DNA of 63,765 nt, filler included, from Bigelowiella natans CCMP2755 (Eukaryota > Protista > Cercozoa), in the NCBI GenBank assembly GCA_000320545.1. It is 8 parts of 8 records of this genome, joined end to end, with 100 filler letters (N's around TTAATTAATTAA, not from the genome) between each part and the next. Parts side by side here need not be neighbours in the genome. Positions count along the whole stretch, not along the records: positions 38,035 to 51,896 come from ADNK01000419.1; positions 51,997 to 53,897 come from ADNK01002791.1; positions 53,998 to 60,072 come from ADNK01000182.1; positions 60,173 to 62,277 come from ADNK01002849.1; positions 62,378 to 63,765 come from ADNK01001844.1; 3 more parts are not named here. One strand, written 5' to 3'. Both the position numbers and the translations under genes were made by a program. Below are positions 51,001-63,765 of this stretch, one piece after another. A model generated the notes under the pieces. The model saw nothing but the letters and a program-made list of their open reading frames with translations. It made no database searches and was not told the origin of the DNA. Every line of letters starts with the position of its first letter. The first letter of the stretch is position 1.

Positions 51001-51600
51001 ATGATCGTAACCTTATTCAAATCCTCAATCGTGAAGTTTCTTAACCTGCCAACAAATACTCTTGTTTTATGCGAAATCATATGTTTTGAGGGTAAAGCAA
51101 GAAGGAGCACTGAAATAGCAGCTCGCGGCAATCAATAACTTGCCTTATTTCCAGTGATATACATATAGTTATCTCATCATCGTTTCCTTCTGACCTATCT
51201 TTCACATGCTGAGACCGAGGGCGTAGGCTTCGAATCCATCTGGGAAACACTGCCGACAACGATTTCAACAACAATCCAAACGAGCAACAAACGTCATCAT
51301 CTAGACGACTCGTCGTACGATTATATAGTAATAATAATAATAATAATGATGATAATAGCCGTCCTGCATTCAAGCAGCGCTCATCATCAAGTGCTTCTTC
51401 TTACAGTGAAGAATGCGGCGGCGGAGCACTGGAGAGCGCGTGTTGTATCTCATCATCGTGTTCTTTATCTGAGAAGAAGAAGATGAAGAAGAAGAAGAAG
51501 AAGAAGGAAGCACTCCTTTCAATTATGAATTTAAAGCGATTTAGAAAATTACTGGGGGGGGGTATGATTCCAAGGCTACTGCGGAGCGATTCGTAAAAGA
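47221..51600 (-). CDS. 3' part of a multi-exon gene, product unknown
   Basis: GT-AG bounded exons, e.g. EMRRRLDAEAREKASKK, KRAKEVLKARK, AKEERRIFEDLRR; terminal exon VVRQKHGDAYYGLFG...LDDIRERYRPKKG* at 47221. Confidence 0.55.
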
Positions 51601-51627
51601 AATGATGGTAGATAGTCACAGTGAATA

Positions 51628-51679
<52 letters not shown>

Positions 51680-51825
51680 CACACACACACACACTCTCTC
51701 TCTCTTTTTTTTTTTTGTGTGGGGGGGGGGGGGGGACCCCCCCCCCCACACACACACTCTCGCTCTCTCTATATATATATAGAGAGAGAGAGGGAGTGAG
51801 TGTGCGTTTTTTCTCTTCCTTCTCT

Positions 51826-51864
<39 letters not shown>

Positions 51865-51999
51865 CGCGCGCGCGCGCGCGCGCGCGCGCGCTCTCTNNNN
51901 NNNNNNNNNNNNNNNNNNNNNNNNNNNNNNNNNNNNNNNNTTAATTAATTAANNNNNNNNNNNNNNNNNNNNNNNNNNNNNNNNNNNNNNNNNNNNAAT

Positions 52000-52657
52000 C
52001 TCTCAAATCTCCCGCCTCGTTCCACCTGCTCGCCTTCTCGTGCGCTTCTCGACGACGTTGCTTTTTGCTGGCTTTCTTGTTTTCTTGGCGGTATTTTTCG
52101 CCGCGACCTTTTCGCTCCCCCCCCCCCTCGTTTCTTCGTCGCCGCCTGCTTTGCAAAGCATACTTCAGAATAAAGATGACTACGGTGCTCGTGAATCACT
52201 GCCGATTTGCTTTGTGTGCAATGTCCGTGAAGTATAATCATGTGCTTTCGATATGATGAGGATCGATTGCGTGGAAAGAAGAGACCTATCCATTTACTGT
52301 ACTTTTTTTTTGCAGTGAAATCTCTTGGAAAAGGGGGGGGAGGCGAAATGTCGGCAAAAAAAGCTGAAGCGAGCAATCTTCCTTTACGAAAGGTCAATAT
52401 CCGCTTCGAGTTTGGATTGCTGATGACCGTGATCCTACGTTACGGCATAAAAATTAAGAATATAGGCCGTCTCGTGGGGCCACAATCATCCGCATCCCTG
52501 CGTCATCGTCGCTCTCAAAGGCGTCGTCTCCCTTTCGGCCAAGCCACGTACCATCGTTTCTAGCTCTCGATTTCGCCGTTGTTGGTCGGACAAGTGCTGC
52601 GACACACTCGCGCACGCGCGCGCACGCGCACGGTCTTACGCCCCCGTTGCAGAATGC

Positions 52658-52701
<44 letters not shown>

Positions 52702-52707
52702 GTGTTT

Positions 52708-52738
<31 letters not shown>

Positions 52739-53490
52739 CGCGTGCTTGCTCGCAGCTATAGGCAAACCTGCTGGGCCATGGCCTTCTGCTGCTCCATCAT
52801 CACCTTCATCATTTCTGATTGGAGAGGCCAGAGAGAGGAGAGAGAGGGAGACGAGTCCGGAAAGGAAGAGGGTGGGGGATAGGAGAAGGGCAGGTTGTTT
52901 TTATGTCGATACATCGTGGAGAAAGGCGCAAGGGGAGGGGAGGGGGGCACCTCAACGGATGAAATGCATGCTGGCAAGAATGCGGCGCATAGTTACCCGT
53001 GAGCCTCGCAACTTCCTCCGAGTCCCCACCACCAGCTCCCTGCTAAGTTCCAATTTGCAAATATTACTTCTCCAGCGTGCGAGGGAAGGGATGTGCCAGC
53101 AGCGCTGCGTGCTGGATCGCCATGCGACATTGTACTGCATCTCTCTCTCTCAAGTAGCCTCCACAAATGGGACTCAGAATGATAAATTGAAAGGCCGTGC
53201 TGTGCTTTATTTTGATGTATTCCGAGTGGTTGTGAGGCGCAAAACCTGGGCGCTGATGTTGGCATCGTCGTTGCCCCTCTTGTCGGGAGAACGCCTCCCC
53301 TGTTTTCCTCCGCAAATGAGAATACCCGCCTCTTGCTCTGTGGCGGCGGCTGCTGCTGCTGGTGCTGATGAGCACGGTTATCAATGACGTTACTATGGGC
53401 TTGCTGGGGAGAAATCGCTTGAGCCGGAGAGGAATGCGTGCTGCCGCCGCGACCGGCTTGCTGTGGACTTTCTCTATGTCCTGGGCCTAC
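52000..53490 (-). CDS. Internal exons of an unknown gene, possibly the same gene as 47221-51600
   Basis: Coding-like segments such as LQSEMMKVMMEQQKAMAQQ|GT between microsatellite introns; frames not fully resolved. Confidence 0.35.
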
Positions 53491-54299
53491 AATGATGATG
53501 ATGATGACGATGATGATGATGATGATTTATGGTGGCGATGATGGTGATGGAAATGTGATAGTAGTAGGATATGCTTCCGAGGATGAAACGTAGAGATTAC
53601 ATAATCCACGCACCATTGTTTAAGTATCAATAGCCATATCAATATGAATAATTAAATAAATAAATAAATATATACATGCACACATACGGCTCATGGTCGA
53701 TGCCAAACAACGATAATCACCTCGAGCTAGCTCGCGCCTCTCCCGCTCTATCTTTGCATTGAACCTGTCCTCCTACACAATGTTTATAAATGACACGATA
53801 GGGAGAGGCGCGAGAATGGAGCATATTAGTCAGAAATGTTTTGCAAAAAGAACTATCCATTTCATCTTGGAAGTACATATTGCCTTTCCTTGACTTTNNN
53901 NNNNNNNNNNNNNNNNNNNNNNNNNNNNNNNNNNNNNNNNNTTAATTAATTAANNNNNNNNNNNNNNNNNNNNNNNNNNNNNNNNNNNNNNNNNNNNTGT
54001 GTGCTTTCAGACTGTTGGTTATTTTTGTTGTATCCTTTGCATCACCATATTATTCATCATGATGACGGCCCGTGTAGTGAAAATGTTCATTGTTTCTGTG
54101 ATGATAGATGTTTGCAGTATGTTCTTACTATGTAGTGCTACGTGAGGAGGAGGAGGAGGAGGAGGAGGAGGAGGAGGAAATTAATTAATTGATTGCTGCT
54201 CACATCCATACATCCACACATACTTACCATCAATCATCATATTCTAAGCACATACCAACAAGAGATCACCACCGTTTTATTTATTCATTTATTTATTAG

Positions 54300-54376
54300 A
54301 GCCACGATGAACCAATCGATTTGGGACAATAGCCTCTTTGACGACGACGTAACAGTAGTGAGAAGAATGAAGAAAG

Positions 54377-54414
<38 letters not shown>

Positions 54415-55075
54415 CACATACATGCACACTACAGACACACAAACAGGCCTTTTCCAAACAACAGGTTTTCGCAAGCAGCAGCGTTCCTCCTGCTCCTCCT
54501 CCATTTGAACAACAACAGCAGCAACAACACCATAGAGATAGTGACCACTTCTTGCATATCAATGCTGCTGCTGCTGCTGATGATGATGAGGATTATTATG
54601 GCGATTATCACACTCGTCCTCCTCCTCCTGACAAGTGGAATCGACGAAATCCAGCCGTTTTTCTGTCAAGCATAGTGCATCGCCTCCTCCAAACGACGAT
54701 TCCGTGCGTGAGCATGAAAAGCATAATAGAATCCATCACCACTGATCATTATTCATAATAGAATCCATCACCACTGATCATTGTTCATAATAGAACCAAT
54801 TACCACTGATCATTGTCCCACCACCACCACCACCCCATATACCAAACCATTTCATCTTTTCTCGTCAACAACATATAAGAATTGACAACACTCCATTTCA
54901 TCTTTTCTCGTCAACAACATATAAGAATTGACAACACTCCTGCTGATTTCATCTTTTCTCGTCAACAACATATAAGAATTGACAACACTCCTGCTGCTGC
55001 TGCTGCTTTGTAAACGACTTCCTCTTCTGACGCAAAGATGCTCCCCAAAATGATCAACCCTTGTATGTATGTCTG

Positions 55076-55117
<42 letters not shown>

Positions 55118-55483
55118 TGTTGTTGTTGTTGTTATAGATTCCACATCGTCGCTCCCTCTCTTTCTTTGGATTTAATTCTACAAAATGGTGAAGCTGGCCT
55201 ATCACGCGGCTCTCCCTTTCGCGCGCTCTCGTTCACACTGCTGGGCTATTTGCTGCAGCAATATTGGCACCGCATAGGGTATTACTTACCATAAAGAAGA
55301 AGTAGAAGATAATGATGATGTAGATAATGTAGATGATGATGAGGATGATGAGCATGATGACGACGATGACAGCCATCTCTTTAGGAATAAATCATTGGTA
55401 AAGGAGGAATAAGATGCACTCATTTGTTGTTGTTGTTGTTGTTGTTGTGTCTGTCCACGGTTGGTTCTTCTTCTTCTGTGGTG

Positions 55484-55528
<45 letters not shown>

Positions 55529-56070
55529 TACAACTACCACCTTGTTCTGTCAGATACGTATGCGCGCGTCTCTGACGGAGTGTTCGGTCTTCACAGCAAC
55601 GTCGCAGGCGCTTCTTGGCCACATGATACAACGAGTCAACACAGCTACCAAAGATGCGAGGAGGAGGAGAAGGAAGAAGAGGAGAATGGCAAAGGGAAGC
55701 ACGATGAAGAAGAGGGGGGAAGGAGAAAAGAAATACTTAAAGGATGGTAACACCTTATCCGAGCGAAAGCAGCAGACCGAGGAAGGAAATCAGCACCGTG
55801 TGATTACTACTACTACTGCTACCGCGACGACGAATACTCTTATCAATCTAGATCAACGCTGTAGTATAGCTCTCAGAGCCTCCAAGGTCACACCGTCGTC
55901 TTTATTGTAGCGATTTATTGCTACTTACCGCTGCTACTGCTGCTACCTCTGCTGCAGTATATGATACTGATATCTCCTGTTCCTCCTCCTCCTCCTCCTC
56001 CTCCTCCCTCCTGGTTCTCCTTGACGTCTTCCTTAATATTATTATCACTAACATAAATATCTACTATATA

Positions 56071-56108
<38 letters not shown>

Positions 56109-56255
56109 CTATCTATCATTCAGGTTTGGCGATGGCTGTTCCGCGATGATCAAAATCTCGAGCTAATTGATGTCGAGGAAGCCTCACAAGAGGCTAACTT
56201 CTTCCTCAAGCGGTGATAATCACCGAATCACTATTCTACAATCATTCATCTGAAT

Positions 56256-56286
<31 letters not shown>

Positions 56287-59053
56287 CAAATTTTAAAACA
56301 TATATTTACATAATAATATAATATATTTCTGTGTGCGTGTGTATTCTGTTCCATACTCTTGCATTGCGGCTGCTCATCCATTATGTGGTGCTGATAGACG
56401 GAAAAACGATCTTCTTTACATTCTCAATGAACAATTATATATTTCCTAGGATAAAGATACTCCAGAAAGAAGAGGAAATAAGGAGACACTATAGTAGTAG
56501 TGGTAGTAGTAACAAAGATTCTGCTTCTACTAGCAAAAGGGGCCTACCTTGTATGAAGAAGAAGAAGAAGAGCAAAGTTAGCAGTACAGGTTCAGCAGCC
56601 TCGCCATCCGCCGAGGATTTGCTGCTCGAGTTTATCTCGGAGGAGGAGGAGAAGGAGGAGGGTGCTGGTGGTGGTGGTGGTGGTTGTGGTAGAATTGCTG
56701 CCAATGTGGCGCATTTTATTCAAACGAGCAACGGATTTGATCAACATCATCTCGAAAAATCCTTTCTGACGCTTTTTAGCCTTCTGCATACCTTTACGAG
56801 GTAGTTAATACTAAGCATTGTGATGGTAATGAAGCAGTAGTCTAATTATATTATTGAATCTACTACCACCTCCCTCCCTCCCTTTCTAACTCCATTGGAT
56901 GTTGTATGTAGCAGCTTTTATCCACCCCTTTTCCCTTCTTCATCGCTCATCGTCATCGTCATCATCACCATAATAATAATAATCATCATCATCATCTAGT
57001 GTTGCTAATGAAGATATTGTTGTTCAATAGGCTTTCGGTAATCCTGGAGCGTATTGTCATCGGAGTAGAGTTTGAAGATCTTGCTCTTTCTCGAGCCCTA
57101 CTCTATCACATGAATATTCCTCCTCCTCCTCCTCCTCCTCCAATATACCCAAAAGAGAGTATCAACAGTAGTAGTAGTAGTAGTAGTAGTAGTAGGCGTT
57201 TTTCAAAAGCAGCAGTAACAACAGGAACATCAACAACAGTAGTAGCAGATACACTCAGTCCGGCGATAGCTGCGACTTTGATGGAAAAGAAGCCCCAACA
57301 AAGTAGTAGTGGTAGTAGTAGTAGTAACCCCTCTTCACGATCATCATCATCATCGTCATCATCATCATCTCCTCCCGCCTCTTCTTCTTCCTCTTCTTCA
57401 CTTCATTCTCCCTCTCCACAGCAGCAGCAGCAGCAGCAGCCGGTATTAAAGTCGGTTCTGCATGCATGCGGGTTGTATGCTGCCCGATTAAGTACATGTT
57501 GTAGAGCTCTCTGTCTGAGTGCAGAGGCAGGGCTTGATCTCGTGCATGATAATAATAGAAGAGAGGATGAGGACATTACCTCCCACATATCCATAAAGAA
57601 GAACAAGAAGAAATGGAATAGAAGTAGCAGCAGCAGCAGCAGCAGTAGTAGTAATAGTAGTAAAAAGGAGTACGGAAAAAGACAGAGAAGAACCAAAGGG
57701 AAAAGATACGGTAGTAGTAAGGAGGAGGAGGAGGAGGACGCTATGACTTATCGTATAAAATAGATGAGGAGGAGGGGGGAGAGATTGATATGGGGGGATA
57801 GATCTTATTTGATTATTATCTCTCTCTATCAAAGTCTCTTCTATATCTCTCCTCTTTACACCACACTTACACACATACACATACACATACGAATTGAATG
57901 TAGAAAGTGACAAAATTTACCATGCAATGATATGTGAATGAATGCACCACTCCTCTAGGGAATCAAAGAGTGGCAGGAGGAGGAGGAGGAGGAGGACTGG
58001 CACACTGGTAAGTAAGTATGTAAGTAAGTGAGTAGCGGTGAGTCATTATATTGCTTTCTTTCTTCATTGGTGCTTCCGACAATCATCCCCCCCCCCTATT
58101 AAAGAAGAAAACCGCTTTGGTCCTGCTGGCACCCACCAATTCTGCAGCATCATTAGCATCATCATGTTGTTGAGAAAATATAAGAACAGGCGGCTCTTGT
58201 ATGAATCATATGAGAGAATCTATGATTTTGTCGGCCGCTGTTGGTGGTGGCTGTTTGTCATCCTTTTATCACGTTATTTTTCTTGTTTTTAAGCAGACTG
58301 CTGCTGCTGCTTCAGAACATCATCATAACCAATCGTGGTATTCAATCAATCAAATCAATCTTTCTCACATCAGGGGGGCGAATGTTCGGCTTTCCCGTAG
58401 CCTTTTGGAGCACATATTTAGGATGTCAATCGACTTTCAAAAGACGGCACGTGATGCTCTCTATGTACTGCATAGTAGTAGTAGTATTAGTAGGGGAATA
58501 AGAACAAGAACAAGAACAACGAATCCACCGACTGCTGCCATTCTTACCTCTCCCCCCACGCTGGAGATGGTGCTATTGCAAAAAGAGACTTCGTCGTATT
58601 TTCATCACCATCATCATAGTTGGTGTGAGAGGCCGCTGCAAAATCATCATCATCATCATCATCGTCGTCGTCGTCGTCGTCATCCTTATAACCTCATTCG
58701 CTATCTCCAGCGATATGTTAGCGGGGCTCTGAAGGTAGTCGTTGCCGTTCTTATTAACTAAACTATATTTGTCTTTTCTTCTTCTTCTTCTTCTTCTTCT
58801 TCTTCTTCAAATCCCTGTTTTCTTTCGATATTATCATAGTATTATTTCTACAACAACGTTAAAAATAATAATAAGAAGAAGAATGATAATAAGACGCCTA
58901 TATTCAAGCTTGAATGATGAATAAATCGCAATATGTAAAAAGGACGAGGTTAGTACGTTGCGTGTACTGGAAAACGATTCGCATCGCCACGGAATAAGAC
59001 TCAAGGCAGCAGCTGCAGACCTGAAACGACGACGACGACAATGGCGCAATATG

Positions 59054-59088
<35 letters not shown>

Positions 59089-59985
59089 TCTTTCGTCGAG
59101 TGGAAGAAGATTGAGTAGAGGCGTAATGAGGAGGAGTACGAGGCTTCTGGCTGCTTTCAGAGGTAAGTAGTGCCTGCTGCTGCTGCTGCTGCTGCTAGTG
59201 GTGGTGGTGGAGGAGGGGGAGGAGGAGAGAAGGAAATCACGCCGTAACAACTGCGAGCGTAGTGTTTGTTATTGTTGTTGTTGTTGAATACTACTATGTT
59301 AATAGATTTCTCACTATCGTTGTCGTATTACTGCTGCTTCCGCTTATTCTTGATCACCAGACTCATCTGCTGCAGCACTAGCCTCTTCCTCTACAGAGCA
59401 GCTCTCCCTTCTCCACAGCGGTAGTATGGTCGCATAATATCCTACCAACAAACGAATAGCTGCATCATATATTATGATGAAACACGATAGATCACACTAA
59501 ACATATGATGATGATGATAAGATGGGGGAAGGGATGGATCGGGAAAATGAAAAGAAGAGGGTGTAATAAATAGGCTGCTGCTGTACTACTACTACACTAA
59601 AGAAGAGAACAAATCCATCAATACTACTACTACTACTACTACTACTACTACCTGTTCAGCTCTCAACGGTGGTGGTGGCTTAATGGATTCTATCATCTTC
59701 AGTGCAGAAACTTGGACAAACTTCCAGAAAAATGGCGATGAGAGCGGTGAGTAATTTTTCGGTTAAAATGTTACCGTTGTCGACGACTCACCCCCCCCCC
59801 CCCCTCCAAACAGTGTGTTTGTGTGGCAGGGAGCCGTTTCCTGTGTGCGACATGAAAACAAGCGGGAGACTTTCCACAATTCCCCCCAGGGCGTAGTGGT
59901 GGTAGTTGGTCTCAGCTGCCGTTTTCGCTGCTCGACATCCGAGAGCATCGTAGCCTCAAAACACGCATCATTTGCCCGTGCTAAG
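54300..59985 (+). CDS. Internal exons of a large unknown helical protein with poly-S/Q/H/E insertions
   Basis: Exons VWRWLFRDDQNLELIDVEE, IKILQKEEE..FLTLFSLLHTFTR, LSVILERIVIGVEFEDLALSRALLYH, HPYNLIRYLQRYVSGALK bounded by AG/GT. Confidence 0.55.
54722..54817. repeat. 32-bp tandem repeat, 3 copies
   Basis: CATAATAGAATCCATCACCACTGATCATT(A/G)TT units; the third is diverged. Confidence 0.9.
54849..54991. repeat. 46-bp identical tandem repeat, 3 copies (5-nt TGCTG spacer before the third)
   Basis: ATTTCATCTTTTCTCGTCAACAACATATAAGAATTGACAACACTCC at 54849, 54895 and 54946. Confidence 0.95.
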
Positions 59986-60229
59986 GTGGCCGGCTCGTCT
60001 TCTTGCCTGCGGACGACACTATCCTTACCATCATCTGTTTTTTCTCGCTCAATCGTGGAGTAGTCTGTTTTTNNNNNNNNNNNNNNNNNNNNNNNNNNNN
60101 NNNNNNNNNNNNNNNNTTAATTAATTAANNNNNNNNNNNNNNNNNNNNNNNNNNNNNNNNNNNNNNNNNNNNGGACAGAGGGGATCCCCAGAAAAAAGGA
60201 GTCTTGATTTTATCCCCATACCTCTTTCC

Positions 60230-60336
60230 ATACGTGAGAATTCATGAACCCTCTTTCATAGTCAAATCCCCAGTCTCGGGACCTACTCACGCCCGCGACA
60301 CAGGCAATACAAGGTGCAGGGGGTTACTTCAATTTT

Positions 60337-60379
<43 letters not shown>

Positions 60380-60775
60380 TCACAAATCTACTATCGCTAC
60401 GGGCAAGACCCAAAGGATCTGCTAAATCTAATTTTGAAAATAAGTGGAGGAAAGAGATTAGGAGGCTGTTGAAGTAGCTTCACAGCTTTGTTTCGCCCGT
60501 TGTTCAATCGTGCATTTTGCGTGCGCGTGACTGAGAATTCCAACCTCATCCCACATCTTCTCCTTCGAGAAGATCGCCTTGGCGTAGGGCTTCTGAATCC
60601 GCCGATTCTCCATCTTTGGTATCTTGCTAATTTTTTCATCTTGGGCTTTGAGGGTTGGGGCGAGAGGCTGGCGGGCGCTAAGAGCCGCGAAGGTAAGCGT
60701 TCCTACCAGGACCACGGCAAGCTCAAGGTATCTTGTACTCCTCCATCGAGCATTTCTGGTGAGCGGTGTTGTCAT
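60230..60775 (-). CDS. 5' exons of a protein with an N-terminal signal/anchor; remainder lost in the gap
   Basis: MTTPLTRNARWRSTRYLELAVVLVGTLTFAALSARQPLAPTLKA...KMWDE|GTTGG. Confidence 0.55.
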
Positions 60776-61236
60776 CGCCCTATCTATTCGGGTGACAGGT
60801 ACACACGAAATGTACACAAAAACCGTTTACAACAGACTGAGCGGGGGGGGGCGCGTCAGACCATTGCACCGGAGCTTGCAGCTGGGATTTTTGGGCTAAA
60901 ACAAAAGCGCTCGAAAGCGATGTCGCAGGACAAAAATGCAAGCAGATTCGGTGCCTAATTTTGGACAACAATTTGCGCGGAAGATACCCAAAGTAAGGCA
61001 GGCTGGAAGTCATCAACCTCGTAGAGAATCGCGAGCGCAGAGCTTTCGACGGGAAGCAAATCCATGCGGATTATATACGAAGACAATAGAATTCTGATGA
61101 TTCTGTCGAAAATAAGGCCTGATTTTTCGGTTTTCCGTCCAGGGCGTGACGCCATTTTTTAAGACTTAACTGACGCTTCTCCCACCTCTTCGAATCCTCG
61201 TCCCTCTGATCGGAGGAGCGCTGCTTAGACCCTCGG

Positions 61237-61876
61237 ATGCCAGCAGGACGGGGGGCTGGGGCGTCCGCACAGAAGGCCTTGGGGTTAAGGAGGTGAAATG
61301 GATTTGGGTATGGGGGGGGGGGGGGAGGGGTAGGAAGATGCCCCCCTCAAGGCTCGTCGGCGGATATAGTCGATGAATCAACTCACACGATGATGGCATT
61401 TCCATCCCGTCAGGCAGTCGAACCTGTACATCTGTTTCGGGATTCTCTGCATCATCTTCAGCGGCCTTGCGATCTCTCGAAGGCCCAGCAGCAGCAATAG
61501 CAGCCGGGCTGAGGGGGGGGGGCAGTGTTCATCGTCTCGTAGCAAGGCCAGGGACACGCTGTCGTTGCAAAGGCCTGGTGGCGACGGCACTAGCGCCAAC
61601 GCGATTGTGCAGGCCTCGATGGAGATAGAGGAACTTCGGTAATGGGGGGCCATCAAAACGAAGCAGGGATTCGTTGTATGCATGCGTGAATGTACATGCG
61701 GATGTGATCTCTGACAAAAAAGTCTTCTGATATATTTTAACAATGATTGTCCACAGGGAGGAGCTTGCCGATTGCAGGGGGGGGGAAGCCAATGCATTGA
61801 ATAGTCAACCAGCCGACGATGGCAAAAGCGTCATCGCCAGCCCCCCAGCTCCCGCGACGTCGTCATCGTCTGCGTG
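61237..61876 (+). CDS. 5' exons of a type II membrane or secretory-pathway protein
   Basis: MPAGRGAGASAQKALG|QSNLYICFGILCIIFSGLAISRRP...MEIEELR|EELADC, with in-phase splices. Confidence 0.5.
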
Positions 61877-62024
61877 GTTGACCATCATGATCCCTAGTGT
61901 TAGTAGAGGGTCCACTGATTACCTGTCGCCTACAATCAGCGCTATATTATCACAGGCAATAACAGAATGATAGTAGTCACATGCATCGAATAGTTTCTTC
62001 CTTGACAAAAGGACATCCTCTCTA

Positions 62025-62105
<81 letters not shown>

Positions 62106-62720
62106 TGTGATAGAGAGAAGGAGAGAGAGAGGGGGGGGAAGAGAAAGCGATGCACGAAGTTGATGAGATGGTACGGTAGATTCCTGACTCTTGCTATGCT
62201 AGCCCATCGTTTATGTGTTGTATGTGTTGTATGTGTTGACAACACGTAGTATATATTTCAATGCTGTTACGAGATTANNNNNNNNNNNNNNNNNNNNNNN
62301 NNNNNNNNNNNNNNNNNNNNNTTAATTAATTAANNNNNNNNNNNNNNNNNNNNNNNNNNNNNNNNNNNNNNNNNNNNGAGAGAGCGCGTGGGGGGGGCAA
62401 AAAAATCTCCCCCCCCGTTTTTTTTTTTTAAAAACCCCCGAAAATAGAACGGGGCCCTTTCTGCAAGATTAACAACAACGCATTTTTCAAACAATACCCG
62501 TGGGGGGTCCCCCCCCCCCTCCCCCCCCCAGATACTAGTTTCCCTACCGGGGTTCTTTTTCAAGGATTTATTCGGCACCCCGGCCGGAAGGGAAGGGACC
62601 CAGGGGGGAATTTTAATTTTCAACCTCCAAAGGGGGATTTTTTTTTTCGATCCCCGACAAAAACTTGGGAGGGGAAATTCTCCCTTCCCCCCCCCCCCCC
62701 CCCCCCCCTTTTTCCTGTAG

Positions 62721-62911
62721 ATATATGGTGGTGATGAGAGGGTGCTGCAGAAGCTAGGAACGGAGCTCTTCAAGGTGACGATTCCCCCCTACTTCCTCCT
62801 ACGATGTTACAACCATACGAGCAGCAAAAGTTGTATCTGTGCCCTCCTTCGTTTCGCTCCTTTTACGGACTTCTACCTACGATCATCGTCGGGTTTTTTT
62901 GGACGACTACT

Positions 62912-62952
<41 letters not shown>

Positions 62953-63235
62953 GGGAGGGGGAGAGTCAATCTCTCTTCTTCTTCTTGTTGTTCTTCTTTT
63001 TGCGTGTCCTTTGGAGATGTCTCCCATCTTTGACCGCGACACCGAAGCAGTTTCCCTGAGAAGCACAAAAAACAAAATGAGGAGTGCGGTCTGAGCGGGG
63101 GCTGGTGTTGCTGCAGCATTGGTCTGCCCTGCCCTCTTCTATTAACATAGTCTCCTCTAACACACCGCAGGTCCTGGAGGTCTTCCACAAGGAAGGTGGT
63201 GGCGACTGCTGGCATGCAGAAATATATTTAGATAT

Positions 63236-63277
<42 letters not shown>

Positions 63278-63282
63278 AAATG

Positions 63283-63328
<46 letters not shown>

Positions 63329-63397
63329 GCATGTATTGTACCTCTCACAGGGCTTGTTCATAGAGACGTGAAACCAGAGAATCTCCTCGTACTCAAG
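62721..63397 (+). CDS. Ser/Thr protein kinase, internal exons (subdomains VIa-VIb)
   Basis: IYGGDERVLQKLGTELFK|VLEVFHKE|GLVHRDVKPENLLVLK. Confidence 0.88.
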
Positions 63398-63549
63398 GTA
63401 GTGTTGGTGTTAGTAGCGGGGTAGTCGCAGTATGATCGCCAGTCACTTCCAGCTCTCGACTCTTCTCCTCTTTCTCCTCTTCCTCCTCTTTCACATATTC
63501 CTCCATGATTTGCCCTCCCTCCTCTTACTTCTGCCGTGTTTTCAAGCGC

Positions 63550-63583
<34 letters not shown>

Positions 63584-63765
63584 CGAGAACACACACGCAT
63601 GGGGTAGACACACACACACATACAAAATCGGGAAAGCGGTCAAATATTACTATTGGATAGGTCTTGATTTAAGAGAAATGGGGTTGAAGGGCTGTTGTGT
63701 TTACACGATCGGAATATATCGATGAGCAGAAAGCAGTGAGGAGGAGAATATGCATACCGATTGAC

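Noticed and set aside
62378-62710. Homopolymer-rich segments beside gaps (also 21060-21257 and 37360-37500)
   Set aside because: Look like low-quality read ends; not interpreted

Overview
Intron-rich eukaryotic nuclear DNA, probably from a protist. A chlorarachniophyte-like alga is my inference, from a bipartite signal+transit-like leader, weak splice signals and many short exons. The window is 8 contigs joined by 7 artificial 100-nt spacers (N44-TTAATTAATTAA-N44). I spliced about 17 whole or partial genes by hand: a KEAE-repeat protein ending in CaaX, UVSSA, a coiled-coil protein with a G-gamma-like CaaX tail, a mu-like GST, a DDX60-like helicase C-terminus, RMI1, a long coiled-coil protein, a C2H2 zinc-finger factor, a triple Tudor-like protein, fragments of a cPLA2-like lipase and a GH5 endoglycoceramidase, a putatively plastid-targeted 3xS1 protein, an atypical G-alpha, a protein kinase fragment and several unknowns. 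The most striking unexplained structure is architectural. Within contigs the genes alternate strand. All six tail-to-tail intergenic regions hold a 0.5-1.5 kb tract built from short palindromic words (CTAG, CATG, AGCT, TGCA, GTAC), with perfect palindromes up to 28 bp. Head-to-head regions lack these tracts and carry CGGAA, GAAGTTNCGCG and AAAATGGCG motifs instead, while gene bodies carry microsatellites. All exon models and homology calls are by eye, with no database search.
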